Notes: a model not told the origin generated them from the sequence alone. Counted from the stretch's first letter, positions 1-14,294 are shown. The stretch: DNA of 64,000 bases from Octopus sinensis (GCF_006345805.1 NC_042998.1:66588001-66652000), one strand, 5' to 3'. Numbers and translations: made by a program.

Positions 1-2481
1 AGTCTGCTTTTTGCAAGTGTAAGCCTGCCTTTTGCAAAGGAATAGTCAATACGGAATATTTTAATGATTGAGCAACTGCTCCGCAAAAACTGCGCATTTG
101 TCTGGCTCAATTCTTAGTTCAGATACGAGAAATTATATAGGCAGTGTACATGCTGTTGTGAATATATCAAGGTCTTTGAGTGTTCCCGAATAAAGCTCTA
201 AAATCTTTGAATACGAAGGAGAGATTATATACTGCACAATGCTTTAATTCTAGGTTGTAAAATGTGTGGAGATATTCCTGGGCAGAAGGGATACAGCAAT
301 ATTTTTAGCGAAGGAATACGAGATTTACCTTCAAGGTTATGGCTGACAACATTGACCGATGGTTGTTGATCATTTTTATAACGCAATATGGGCGAGTGAA
401 CGAACGCATGTGGCCAAGTGACTATATGATTGCACTCACGATCGTAATACCGATTCGCAAACAGAGAAACGCTTTGTGTTCTGAAACAAAACGATTCATT
501 TCATGTTCACCCACCTGTAGCGTCCCCTTCAGCAGGGATTGCTCTAACCACAGTCACTGATACTTTACGGGATCCGTGTTAAACTCCGATGTTGTAATTA
601 TGTGGCTTCAGTTTATTTTTATAGAAACAGGTGACCGGTTTGGTAAGATTTTTGCTTTCATGGGATTGGGCTATGGTTGTCGTGCAAAATCACATGTCAT
701 ATATCGATGGCAATTAAAGTCATTTACTTACTCTGTACCCAGAAGACAGGGTAAAATAATAACCGTAAAAGTTGCGGTCAAATACACAGGCTGTTGTTTT
801 AAAGAAAACAATTCGTACATTGTATCTACCTTGAAGGAGACGGCTGGAAAAAAGGCTATCTTCTATTAAGCATAAATAGGTATGGCAAAACAACAACAAA
901 TATGATATTCACTCACTGATTACTTCTCTACAAGTGCAACGATTGTAACAGCAGCATCAAAACATTAGTAGCGTAACCCAATATGTATCAGTCGTTTCTT
1001 TTATGCAACACCTGAAGTAAGAGGGGAAATGGAAGTAGTGGTTACACGACTTGGTCTTATAGGAGGGCAGTGAAAATCAGTTTCTAGGAAGTTACACCTA
1101 CATTTATGGTATTTTTATGTCAAAGTTTACGACACTTCCACTGATATGGTACATCCGTGACATGTGCCTCTGCTTCATTTTAAGATTGTTGCAGATGAAT
1201 CTTATAAATTCTAACTCATTATTGCTGTTTTAGCTTGATAGCGATTTTCACTGAATGATGAATAATTCTCAATACACAGCTTCAGTATCCAAGCAGGATG
1301 GAAATATAAAGTTAACGTATGTGGGTGGATTTAACAATTAATGAAGCCTAACGTGAAGATCATCATCCTTTAACTGGACATTGGCGGTTGCTTAGTGACA
1401 CTAACGTCAAACCATTTATGGTGGGTGATAATGAATTTAAGGTTGAAAGAAATTTTCCATCTCTGTGAGATGCTGCCGTTTTAATGGTCCACTTGGAGAA
1501 GAAGGTTAAAGAAGAACAGAACATTTTGTTAAGTATTGCACCAAGATCTATATGTCTCTAACTAAGACATGTTTGGAATGACTTTATTTTAATTTTGAAA
1601 AGTCGAATTAGAACTTAAGACATACCATGACGGGGATATTGAATGAAAACAGATTTCTTTATTTACTTTGCACTTTACACACACAATTATCTACCTTTGA
1701 TCGTTTACATTTGGGTTGAAATAAACACTCTTAAAGGACATTGCACGATATTACTATAAAGAATTTATTTGTTTTCTTTTCTTCACATAAGTTTCCTTGC
1801 AGTGTGTTTGATGTAGTTACTATATATTGCCCTGTTTGTCGAGCAATTTTCCTTAACAGTTATCGGTGATAAATCTTATGCCAAACGGCGTGCAGTTTCT
1901 GTTCATTTCAAAAAGCTGTACATAATAATAGCTTCGAATGGTAAAATATGGTTTTCAGATGTTTCTGGAGACGTGATATTAATATATATGAAGACAGACA
2001 TGCAGGTACACAATATACATATAACTAGACAAAAATACTGACTCTATGAAATGCACAAAGGCACACACATGTGCACACACAGTCAAACTTACAGGTATAC
2101 TATATCGATATAACCAGAAAAAATACAGACTCGATGAAATGCACAGACACACACACAGCTGTACACAATCAAACATACAATCAGGCAAGTGCGTTACCAT
2201 TATATGACTTATTATTTTGTTAGCGTCTATTCCATCATAGTGAAGTTTGATAGATGTTTGGTCTTATATATAATTCTATTTCTTTAGCTAATGCAGTACT
2301 TAGATATTGACAGGCTTGGTAAATTGTATGTATAAGTAAATATAAGTAAATTCATAAAACAAGCGTTTTACATTCTTCGATATCAATATATTACATAAAC
2401 ACGCGACAATGAGAAACAAACGCATACAGATTGTCGTTTCACCTGCACATTATAATTTATACTCCACTCTATCTCTTTATT

Positions 2482-2787
<306 letters not shown>

Positions 2788-3656
2788 GTATTTAAGTGCG
2801 TGTACGTGTATGAATGTGTGAATATATATGGACATGCACATATTTCCACAGATATACACAAACAGACAGATAACAAAAATGAAGAAGGAGGACGGGAAGA
2901 GAGAGAAAGCTTGCAGTTGATTGTGGGATTAAGTGATAGAAATGCATTCACAGAAAAAAAGATTAAAAAACATGAAAGACGCAAGTAATGATCTAGAAGT
3001 AGGAATTTTTCACACTCCGCTTAAAATACTCTGTAATCACAAAATTTCCATCCGAACAACTCTAATTGTTCACAAGTTTTCGTTTACACACACACACACA
3101 CACACTCACGTTTCTGTCACAATTTTTATGTATGTTTTCTGTTTGAAATATTTTCTTTGATACATATTCGTGTTGTTACCTCATTAATTTTTCGTGATGT
3201 TGTGCAATAAATTCACAAGAACAAAAACAATTTTAAGATATATATTGTTCTAATTTCTAGTTTTCGTACATGCAGAACGTACAAAATGAAGTGTGATTAT
3301 CCTCTCTTCGGTGTATTGAAGGGCAATATAGATGCATAAAATATCCGATAAAGATGTGTAATAACATACTGTTGGATATGCTGAGATGCAATATATATTC
3401 AGTTTGTAGCAGAATAAATTGCTAGAAATGATATATCAGAACCGATGGATGATACGAACATTGTTTATCTTGTGTATGTTTGACAGAGGGTTTATGTTTT
3501 TCATATTATATATGTTTGTGTGTATGTGTATGTGTGTGGGTGCGTTTGTGTCTGTCTGCATGCATGTATTTCTTTATGCATATACGTATGTATGATATGA
3601 ATATATATAGATATTTCTATATGAATGTAGTATACTTATGTACATAATATATACAC

Positions 3657-4030
3657 AAGGCGGCGAGCTAGCAGAAACGTTTGCACGTTGGGCGAAATGC
3701 TTAGCGGTATTTCGTTTGTCGTTACGTTGTGAGATCATCCTTTTGGGGTCGATAAATTAAGTACCAATTACACACTGGGGTCGATGTAATCGACTTATAC
3801 CAATGTCTGTCCTTGTTTGTCCCCTCTGTGTTTAGCCCCTTGTGGGTAATAATGAAATAGGTATTTCGTGTCTTTTTGTTTTGAGTTCAAATCCCGCCGA
3901 TGTCGACTTTGCCCTTCAGCCTTTTCGGGGTCGAAAAATTAAGTAGCAGTTGCGTACTGGGATCGATCTAATCGACTGGTCCCCTCCCCACAAATTTCCT
4001 GCCTTGTGCCTAGAGTAGAAAATGATATTA
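3657..4030 (+). mobile_element. SINE, family 1 (head GGCGGCGAGCTGGCAGAA), partly dimeric
   Basis: Head aaggcggcgagctagcagaaacg, B-box-like gagttcaaatccc, repeated ggggtcgat core; related copies recur across the window. Confidence 0.75.
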
Positions 4031-4785
4031 TATATACATATAGATAGTGACATACGTATATAAAGACATGCACGTGTATGTACATAAATATTCACATATA
4101 TATGCGTAAATCATTAATTTCAGATATTTCCTTTTGGCTTAATCCAAAGATAACGACAAGACATGTAACCAGCGAATCTTTACCCGCATATGAATTCAAA
4201 TGTAAATCATATAATCTATATATATATAAAACTGAGAATGTCTGTCTGGGTGAATCCCTAAAACTTGAGAACTGCACAACCAATTTCATTCAAATGTTAC
4301 ATATGCATTACTTAGGGTCCAAGGAGTGTTATGGGCAAAATAATTTTTAACTTCTTGCTTTGGGCGAGGCCATAACAATATCATATCTTTTCCACTATGA
4401 ATCCTTAAAACTACACAACCAATTTCATTCAAATTTTACACATGCCTCAATTAGGGTCCACGTAGTGTCAAGGGCAAAAAATGTTTAACTTCTTACCTAG
4501 GGCTAGTCCACAGCAATATCACATCTTCTCCACTATTTCAGTATTACGTGTTAAAAGTGAAACAAAGGCATCTCTCTATTGTATATATATATATATATAT
4601 ATACATGTATATATACATGTATAAGTATACATGTATATATATAGATGTATATATACATGTATATGTAAACATGTATGTCTAGATGTATATATAGATGTAC
4701 ATGTAATATGTACACATATATATATACACATATGTATACCCATACACACATACAAACACACCGATACACCACCACACACATACAT

Positions 4786-5175
4786 AGGTGCAGGTGTGGC
4801 TGTGTGGTAACAAACTTGGTTCCAAAACACATGGTTCTCAGTTTAGTCCCACTGTGTGGTAACTTGGCATGTGTCTTCTGCTATAGCCTCAGACCAACCA
4901 AAGCCTTGTCAGTGGATTTTGTAGACAGAAACTGAAAGAAATCAATTGTATGTATATGCATGAATATATGTAAGTCTATGTGTGGGTCCTTGTGTTTCTC
5001 CCTCATAACTGCTTCACAACTGGTGTTCGTTTATTTACATCCCCATAACTTACTGGTTTCACAAGAAGAAACTGGTAGAATAAGTAACAGGCTTATCAAA
5101 ATATAAAAAGCACTACGCAGTGTCTCATACTTTTGTTTGCCCACTCAGTTGTATCTATCAATTTATCTTTGTGTG
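4786..5175 (+). mobile_element. SINE, family 2 (head GGCGCAGGAGTGGCTGTGTGGTAA)
   Basis: tRNA-like head and core tgtcttctgctatagcc...gtggattttgtagacagaaactgaaag; matches the copy at 12310. Confidence 0.8.
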
Positions 5176-5206
5176 TGTGTATATATACATATACCTATAT
5201 ACATAC

Positions 5207-5239
<33 letters not shown>

Positions 5240-5312
5240 ATATATATATATGGATTTCGTGGACAGGATCTGACACAAATATATATATATGTATATATGT
5301 AAGTGTATGTGT

Positions 5313-8021
5313 TTTGGTATTGGCAACATGAATAACAATGGTCATAGACTACTTGAATTTTGCACATACCATAACCTGTGCTTCACCAACACACTCTTTG
5401 CCAACAAGACATCCCACAAGGCATCTTGGAGACATCCACGATCTCACCTCTGGCATCAGCTGGATCTCATCATTACACAAAGATACTTTCTGAATTCTGT
5501 TCAACTGGCCCGTAGTTACCACAGCGCGGATTGTGACACAGATCATTCACTAATAAGAAGCAGGGTGTGGATTCTGCCTAAAAAAGTCCATCTCTCCAAG
5601 AAAATGGGCCGACCACGCATTAATACTGGCAGAACCTCGGACCCTACACTGCGACAACGTTTTGCTGTTTTTATCAAAGTTGCCCAACCTCCTCTGTTGA
5701 AAGTAGGTGGAATTATATCAGGGAAGCTTTGCATACCACATCAATAGATACTGTCTGCATGAGAAGAAGACAAAACCCAGTTTTTGTTCAGTGCTGGGCT
5801 CTCATAGCTGGAAACTATTATCGAAACAAAGCGTGCAGCTCTGATGCAATACAAGAGGGATTCTTCTACAAAGTCACTCGAAGAACTCAAAAAGATAACA
5901 AATAAAACCCAACTGACTGTCAGAAGCTGTGCAAATAGGAATTGGCAGGAAATCTGTCAGAGTTTCCAGTCAGCTGCTGACAGTGGCGACACCCGTGGGA
6001 TGTATGCCGGTTTGAAGAATGCCCTCGGTCCATCCGCAACCAAGTCAGATCCTCTGAAATGAACTACTGGGGATCTAATCAAGGACCAAAGCAAGCAAAT
6101 GGATAGATGGATGGAGTACAGGATCAGTACTCACGGTGGACCACGGTAGCTGAGGCTGCAATCGAGGGTGACAAGATTTTGCCAGTCATGTGTGAACTTG
6201 ACAGTCTGCCATCTATAGCAGAGCTCACCAAGGGTATTGACTCCCTAGCAAGTAACAAGACTCCGGGAAAAGACGACATCCCCTTAGAGATCATCAAAAC
6301 AGGCAAAAACACCATCCTGCTTCGGCACCTTCATGAGATTCTGTGTCAGTGCAGGTAAGAGGGTACAGTCCCTCGGGATATGCGGGATGCTAACATCATT
6401 ACGCTTTACAAAAACAAAGGTGACCGTAGTGATTGTAATAATTACCGTGGAATATCTCTTCTAAGCACTGTTAGGAAGATCTTTGTTCACATTATCCTGT
6501 CCAGGCTACAACTGCTTGCTTCTCTACTTTATCAAGAATCGCAGTGTGGCTATAGAAAAAGCAGATTAACAATTGACATGATATTTTCCATACGCCAACT
6601 TCAGGAGAAGTCCAGAGAGCAGAAAATGCCATTATATATAGCGTTCATTGGTCAGACAAAGGCCTTTGACTTGGTAAGTAGAAAAGGCCTCTTCATCCTG
6701 TTCCCAAAACTCGGATATCCACCAAAGCTGCTGAAGATCATCAAATCTTTCCATGACGATATGCAAGACACTATACAGCACAATGGTTCAACATCAGCCG
6801 GCTTCCAAATAAGAAACGAGGTAAAGCAAGGTTGTGTCCTTGCTCCTATATTATTTGGCATCTTCTCGCTGCTGCTGTCACATGCCTTTGAGACATCAGA
6901 TGATGGAGTGTTTCTGCACAGTAGAAGTGATGGGAAACTGTTCAATCTCTCGCGTCTGCGTGCCAAGACCAAAATCGGAAGCATCCTGATCAAGAAGTGC
7001 TATTTGCTGATGATGCCGCTCTGGTATCACACACAGAAGATGCCCTACAAAGGCTCATCAACTGTTTTGAGCAAGCAAGTGGCAACTTTGGCTTAGTTAT
7101 CAGCCTCAAGAAGACCAACATCATGGGTCAGGCTACATCGGACATCCCAAACATACATATTGGAAACTACAGACTACAGGAGTAGACAAGTTTACCTATC
7201 TTGGCTCTACCGTCACCTAAAACCTATCCCTTGATGCTGAGCTCAATATAAGCATTGGCAAGACAGCTGCTGTGATGGCCCAACTCTCCAAACGGGCATG
7301 GGACAACAATAAGCTGACCAAGACCACAAAAATGAAGATTTACCAGGCATGTGTACTTAGCACTCTACTGTATGGAAGTGAGACTTGGACACCATACACA
7401 CGCCATACGACGCCATACGTCGCCTAAATATCTTTCACCTGCATTGCCTCCGGAAAATCCTTCGCATCAAATGGCAGAATCATGTGCCGAACAAAGATGT
7501 CCTCACGCAAGCAGGAATACCAGGCATGTTTGCATTCCTCACACAAAGACGTATGAGATGGCTTGAACATACTAGCCGTATGGAAGATGGCAGAATCTCC
7601 AATGATATACTCAACGGAGCACTAGGGGCACTAGGTCTGTGGGAAGACCGTTCTTACGATACAATGATGTTTGCAAAAGGGACATGAATACCTGCAACAT
7701 CATTATTACCAACTGGGAAGCAGTTGCCAGCAACCGTGGAGATTGGCGACGTACCGTAAAGGAGGGAACACAAAGGAGTGACATAGAGAGACGGGAGAAA
7801 TGGAAATACAAGAAAAGACGTCAACAAGAAACTATGACATTACAACCAGCCAAGCAAAGTCTTCGCTACATTTGCGGCACCTGCCAGAGGGAGTGTTTAT
7901 CCAGGATAGGACTACACAGCCACAGCAGGAGATATATTAGGACATGAAATGTAAAAACCGGACTAAATTATTTTATGCGCAACTCCATTGTCTCCCGAGA
8001 CAAAAAGGATGCCAACAACAA
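5313..8021 (+). mobile_element. RTE-BovB-type LINE, 5'-truncated and frameshifted (APE C-terminus, RT, C-terminal C2H2 finger)
   Basis: ORF pieces: NGHRLLEFC..SWRHPRSHLWHQLDLI..ADCDTDHSL (APE); DANIITLYKNKGDRSDCNNYRGISLLS, KQGCVLAP, LFADD (RT); CGTCQRECLSRIGLHSH. RTE-type 3' end ccattgtctcccgagac...(caa)n. Confidence 0.92.
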
Positions 8022-8300
8022 TATATATAGATTTCGTAGACAGGAACTGAAACAAATCAATCATATATATATGCATGTATATATGTAAGTGCATGTGTGT
8101 GTCTTTGTCTCTATGTTTCGTCCTCATCACTGCTTCACATCTGCTGTTCATTTATTTACCTCCACATAGCTTACTGGTTTCACAAGAACAAACTAATAGA
8201 ATAAGTACTAGGTTTATCAACATAAATAAGCACTAGGCTGTGTCTCATATTTTTGTTTGCCCACTCAGTTGTATCTACCAATTTATCTTTGTATGTGTGT
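8022..8300 (+). mobile_element. 3' half of a family-2 SINE (duplicate of ~4912-5180)
   Basis: Close match to 4912-5180, including the tail gtgtctcata..ttttgtttgcccactcagttgtatcta. Confidence 0.75.
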
Positions 8301-8307
8301 GTATCTA

Positions 8308-8404
<97 letters not shown>

Positions 8405-8410
8405 GTCTAT

Positions 8411-9521
8411 TGGCACCGCGAGTGTCGCGTTGCTCTCAAGCAACTCTGCCGTCCTGGGTCGACCTTAAGTGACTTCAACACAACCAAAGCATTCTATAGG
8501 GGTTTAGTGGAGGGGAGGTACGACGACGAGCTCGGGGCGAACCTGGACGTCGACGAGGAGTACCTGACCCGCCTGTTCGGGACGACTTTCGGGCCAGGGC
8601 CCATGGACAACTTCCAGAGATCCCTGGCCTGGCAGTGCTACCGAGAAGCGCTACCCGTTCGGGATAAGCTCTACAGACACGGCTCGAGAAACACGGGGCC
8701 GACCTGCCCGAGATGCGGTCAGAGCGACGAAACCGTTCTGCACGCACTCGTTCAGTGTCCAACAATTTCCGACCTGTGGGCTTATGTCGAACAACTGCTG
8801 TCACGTGTGGGACGAGTCGGTTTATCAGCTGAGTCTATCGTCAATATTGTCACGCCTCCTTCCTTCAAACGGGAAGGAAGAGCTATTTTCATCATCCTTG
8901 TGGCTATGGCGAAAGAATGTATCTGGTGGACGCGTCTGAAAGGATTGGAGACAAACACTTTCCTCTCTGGTCAATCTCTCATCAACTTCTTCAAGTACCA
9001 CTTGAAAAGGAAAGTGAGAGTAGAGAGGCAAGTTTTGTCTAGCGAATGTTTTAAAAAAAGATGGGTGAATGTAGCAAGAATGGCACGTATGAATGACGAA
9101 GCCACCTTGAGCATAGTCCTATGAACCCAGAAATCGAAAACAGAGAGTTGCTTATTTGCAAAAAAAAAAAAAAAAAAAAAAGAAATATAAAATGTGACTT
9201 CATTGACCGAGGTTACCGTGGTCTTTTCCGCAGGCTTTTCTTCCCACGGGTAAACCTCACCTGTCCTCCCCTTTACACTGCATATTGACATTTCTGTGAT
9301 AACGATCCCTATTGATCATTTTTTTTTCCTCTCCCCCCCCCCTTTTTTTTTTTTTTACCCCCCCTTATTTTTGTCCTCTTTCTCTCCTTTTACGATCCCT
9401 TTTGATCGAACCTCCCCCTTCCTTTTTTTTTTTTTTTTTTTTTTTAATACCTTCAAAAGAAAAGCTCTACCTTGTAATTTGTTCTATCTGTGTGCAGCCC
9501 TGTGTGGCTAATAAAGAAACA
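8411..9521 (+). mobile_element. 3' fragment of an L1/Tx1-clade LINE (zf-RVT C-terminus and 3' UTR) inside a (TCTA)n tract
   Basis: Open frame to 9124 with LAWQCYREALPVRDKL..CPRCGQSDETVLHALVQC..IWWTR (zf-RVT). Pyrimidine-rich 3' UTR, AATAAA at 9510, (TCTA)n on both sides. Confidence 0.85.
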
Positions 9522-9611
<90 letters not shown>

Positions 9612-11410
9612 ATATATATATATATATTTATATATATATAAAACACCCTAATTGGAGCCTTAACCCCCTAATTTTAGGCATTTCTTTTATGATCTATGCA
9701 TAAGGGCCATAACCCCCATGACAATCCATATATTTTTGCTGTTGAGGAAATTTTAACCATAGATATTAGACACAAATAAAGTAATATTTATAAAATTTCA
9801 CCTTCTTACAAAGTTAGAAAGACCCCTCCATTGGGACTTAACACCCACAATTTTGTCATTTTATCTAACCAAAAACGAATACACTTATGCTCTTGGAAGC
9901 TGTAGGGTTAACCGAGCATAAAAGTTGCGCATTATTTCTAATTCAATGGTACAACAGTGTAACAGTTTGCGTTGACACACACTTATATTGTGATTTCTGC
10001 AATGTGGTGCATAAATTGTCAAGTAAATGAGAAGCATCTTTGCCTCCACTGATTCAGTTGCAAAGTGTTGAGTAAAGTTATTTGATTGCAAACCTCCTTT
10101 CAGTCTTTTTATTATCACGCGGTCACACAGAGTCCCCGATGGTAACGTTGATTTCAAGCCCTTCCCAGATGAGAGACTGGTTATTCAAAGACATTTATAG
10201 ATTTTAAATTTATTCTGTCCAGTTACGTATCAGTATAGTGGTCATTTTCAAACTCCAGAGGTGACACTTTAATTTCTCCTTAGCCCTCAGGTCACACAGT
10301 TGTTAATGTTGATTTCAGTTGGGTCACGCTCTTCCAATTGCTATAGATTCGTAATGCATCTTACGGCTGTGCCTGACACCTGGATGGTGAGGAATCCTAC
10401 ATTGTGAGTGATAACGACTAGGGTAACTGACTGCTTATTGTGATCATTCGTCTTTTGGTTTCCTGTAGCTTTGCTCTCTTTTACAAACCCAGTGAACATA
10501 TATTTCCTATTTCAAAGAAATTCAGACAATAGATACAAGACTCAAGTTTTAAAAATTCTCAACAATTCAACTTCTCTGGTTGACATTGGTATGCCCACAC
10601 CCAACGGGGTCTTTAAGTCTCACAATTTAGAGCTCCATGACCTTCATTTTTCAGGAGCAAATTCTTTTTAACAGGTTCATTAAGACTGGAATTTTGGAAT
10701 ATGCGCAAAAAAATCAGTAGTATAGGATACATGTGGTACGATTACAATTTTTTTAGGGTGTGTAAAAAATGAAATAACCCTCATCTGCAATTTTGATGAA
10801 ATTTTAAACATAGATATTCCAGTTCATTACAGAAAATATAACAGAATAGTCTAATTCTTCAATTGAATGTAACCGGGCAACGCCGGGTATCTCTGTTAGT
10901 ACCTTAATAGCATCTATTCTTTCATTATTGTAGATGAATGCACACGGAAGATTTAGATGTATTTGTTCTTTAGCGATCAGCGATATACAAATTTATTTTA
11001 TATTTCTGAAATTTTCGCATGCAAACAGATAAGCAGACCTTAAAATTTTATATCTTGCTCGCAATGAAAGGAAATGCCGACACATTTAATTGCTATGTCA
11101 TGTCTGCAACATCACATATATATTTACGTAGTTAAAAATACTAAGACATTACAATTCAAGGAAACAAGTTGGAGTCTAGACAATGCAAGGCAAAATAGCT
11201 ATCATTTAATTTTTAAATTGCTTATCACCCAATATGCAAATTTTGTGCAAATATGATTGTTACTGTTCTCTATGACGTTTCTGAATGTATGAAAATATGT
11301 ATCAGATATACTTTCGTCTAAAGAAATGGGAGGGTATAATACGGATGGTATGAAAGGTCATACAATAACCATTTCTAGCCCAACTCACTGAAAGCGAAAT
11401 TAATAATGCA

Positions 11411-11850
11411 TACTTTCAACGAGATGGAGCTACAGCACCTACTTCGCGCATCACCATGGCGCCACTTCAAGAGTTTTTCGGTGAACGGATTATTTCTAGG
11501 GGAATTTGGCGACCATTATTACTTGATTTTACACCGCCAAACTTTTTTTTCTGGGGAGCAAGTAAAGGATCAGTGTACAAGAATTGACCGAAAACCATTA
11601 ATGAGATAAAAGACGCAATCATAACCTTCACACGTCCCATAACGCGTCAGACTCTCCAAGCTGTATTTCAAAACGTGTAGAAGAGTCAACTTATGTATTG
11701 AAAATGAAGGACGACACTTTCAACACGTCTTATAAAATTTTTACAGTCTTGCAAAGTCTAATATTTTCTTTTGTAGTCTTATACCATGTTAAAAATATAT
11801 ATTTTGCAATAGGATACTTACTGCAAAGAAAATTTTTGAACACCTCAAAT
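11411..11850 (+). mobile_element. Degenerate Tc1/mariner-superfamily transposase 3' half
   Basis: Hand translation YFQRDGATAPTS..ERIISRGIW..DFTPPNFFFWG..SVYKN*PKTINEIK..CIENEGRHFQHVL* matches the FQQDGA/WPPRSPDLTPxDFFLWG motifs; possible TIR remnant tttttgaacacc. Confidence 0.75.
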
Positions 11851-12309
11851 ATTGCTATACAAGCCGAAAATGACTTAACTGTAACTCAGCGTTTCACACC
11901 ATCGTTCATCAGACAACTTCTTAACTTGTATTTTCACTCCTGTTTTATGAAGAATCATCTGAAACTCTGCGTAAGAGTCAAAGATGTTTTTTCGGGATTA
12001 ATAAAGTGATATTTTACGGTGATTTTCGTATTCAAAAAACTGTTTTTTTATGCTTTATATCCAATATTGTTTTAGGACAGCTACTACCTACTATCAGCTA
12101 CGAAGCCTTCACAAGAGTAAAAGGGAGAGACAAACAGACAGAAAAAAAGAAAATGTTCGTTGCATTTCAAAACTACGGAAATGTTTCAAAAAATTTCATT
12201 TCAATTTTCCACAATTTTATTGTTTTTCATGCTTTACTCTTAGTTGAAAATGTCGCATAGACTGAAACAGTTACTAAAATGTACTTCATGATAAAAGTAT
12301 TTTATACAT

Positions 12310-12685
12310 AGGCGCAGGAGTAGCTGTGTGGCAAGTAGCTTGCTTACCAACCACATGGTTCCGGGTGAGGTCCCACTGCGTGGCGCCTTGGGCAAGTGTC
12401 TTCTACTATAGCCACGGGCCGACCAATGCCTTGGGAGTGGATTTGGTAGACGGAAATTGAAAAAAGCCTGTCGTATATATGTATATATATATATGTGTGT
12501 GTATGTTTGTGTGTCTGCGTTTGTCCCTCTAGCATTGCTTGACAACCGATGCTGGTGTGTTTACATCTCCGTCACTTAGCGGTTCGGCAAAAGAGACCGA
12601 TAGAATAAGTACTGGGCTTAGAAAGAATAAGTCCCGGGGTCGATTTGCTCCAGCATGGCCGCAGTCAAATGACTGAAACAAGTAG
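12310..12685 (+). mobile_element. SINE, family 2, near full length
   Basis: Head ggcgcaggagtagctgtgtgg, core ccttgggcaagtgtcttctactatagcc, tail ccagcatggccgcagtcaaatgactgaaacaag. Confidence 0.85.
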
Positions 12686-12810
12686 TATATCAACTCGTGT
12701 GTTTCTTTGCGCCCTTCTACACACACACACACATATATATATATAATATATATATATATATAATATATATATATATTATATATATATATATATATATATT
12801 CATATATACG

Positions 12811-13370
12811 TTACCTTTGTTTATGTGTGTTGTGTGTGTATGAGTTTTGCGTATGCACGAATGTATGTATATATCGTCTGTGTTCATGTATTATGTGCTT
12901 CTGTGGTTTTGGGAGTGTGGATGACGATGTGTGGTGGGTGGGTGTAAAAGGAGTGATGAGTTGAACAGTGTGTATGGGTGTGTGTTTAGTGGTGCATGTG
13001 GATGTGGGTACCAAGGTGGGAGTTCTGCATGTGTGTAGGTGGAGGATATGGGAGGTGAATGGGTATCTGTGTGAGATTGGTGTCAAATGAAGAGAGGAGG
13101 TGAGGTTGGTGTCAGATGAAGTGAGGAGGAGAGTCTAGCCCATGTGGGGCACAGGAAGTAAGTCAGAAGTTTAATTCCTGATCACGGCGAAGTTAAGAGT
13201 CTGGGTGGCCCCTGAGCAGAGACTGTAATAACTCAGATGGATGTTGTAACGAATGACTGGTAGTGCGAAAATGGCACGGGACAGGGGTGTCATTGCCGAG
13301 ACTGATGTCTTGGAGGTGCTACACGAACGGATCAGTCAAGCGGCTTCCTGTTTGATCAATGTAGAAGGAA
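12811..13370 (-). mobile_element. Penelope-like element 3' remnant (GIY-YIG C-terminus and UTR)
   Basis: Minus-strand hand translation FYIDQTGSRLTDPFV*HLQDI..NDTPVPCHF..SHS..APHGLD matches the YIGQTGRxL..RF.EH..PVARHF..PxGLN pattern. Confidence 0.7.
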
Positions 13371-14294
13371 GGATGTGCAAATATAAAGAAAGATTTCAAA
13401 GCAATTTATTTTTCTGAATATATGCCGTACATACTGTTTTCCACGAAAGCTGTTGATGGGTTCATTTCGCGTAATTACTCAGAGAATTATTCTTTCTCTC
13501 CTGTAATGCTCTTACGCTTGGTTGTAATTTTCTTGGATGTCATGTTGTATTAGTAGGCAACCTGTTTTGATAATCCAAAGCTCTTCATTATCATTAAATC
13601 ATACTTTCGACGAACATCTGTAATATATATGCAAATTTCACAGAAATATCCGAATTAAATTTTAAGTATAGGCATGATATATAAGTGTTTGTGTATGTGT
13701 GTGTGTGTTTGTGTGTTTGAGTGTCTTTATACGTACATAAACATGTATACATACACACAGACGCACATATATATGTATATACATGTCGTTTGTAGGAATT
13801 TCATCACTTATTCTTCTTGGAGTGTAGATCTATTTATTACATTCCCATATCCATTCTAAATCTAAAATCATACATTCTTAAAATGAATTTACTGTTCTAA
13901 GTTCTGAATTATTGCATCTACAGACGTCGATGATAACATTTCATCTATTATATCCGGAGGATATAATAGTTTTATTGATACTAATTTCGTTTTATCCGTT
14001 GAGTCACACGTTATCTGAAGTCATCCAGTTCTATCTTTACTGGTGGTACTTATATTTCTATTATTATTGTGTTTGTTCCTTTACATATAGGCTTTCTTCC
14101 TTCATATGTAACTACAAATGTTGCATAAGCAATATATCTGTAAATGACAACTTCATAGTAGTCAGTCAAATGATACCACTCTTTTTCTGCTTGCATTTGT
14201 TGAATGCAAGGAATGCGTTACTTTCATACCCACCCCTGTGTGGCAATAATCTAAAGCGGTCATCTATTGCTCAATATAATTAACATGGATAATG

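Larger units (their letters stand above)
4215..10899 (+). mobile_element. Probable non-autonomous Helitron carrying nested SINE, RTE and Tx1 insertions
   Basis: 5' A|TCTATATATATATAAAACTGAGAATGTCTGTCT at 4215; 3' GC-rich hairpin ccgggcaacgccggg then ctgTTAG|T at 10899 (CTAG-like). Internal ~140-bp tandem duplication at 4270-4540. RepHel-like peptide SLVDIGMPTP near 10570-10605. Linking the two ends is inference. Confidence 0.55.

Noticed and set aside
339-560. Ancient RTE RT fragment (WPSDY..IVIPIRK..CSE)
   Set aside because: The similarity is too short and degenerate to support without a search.
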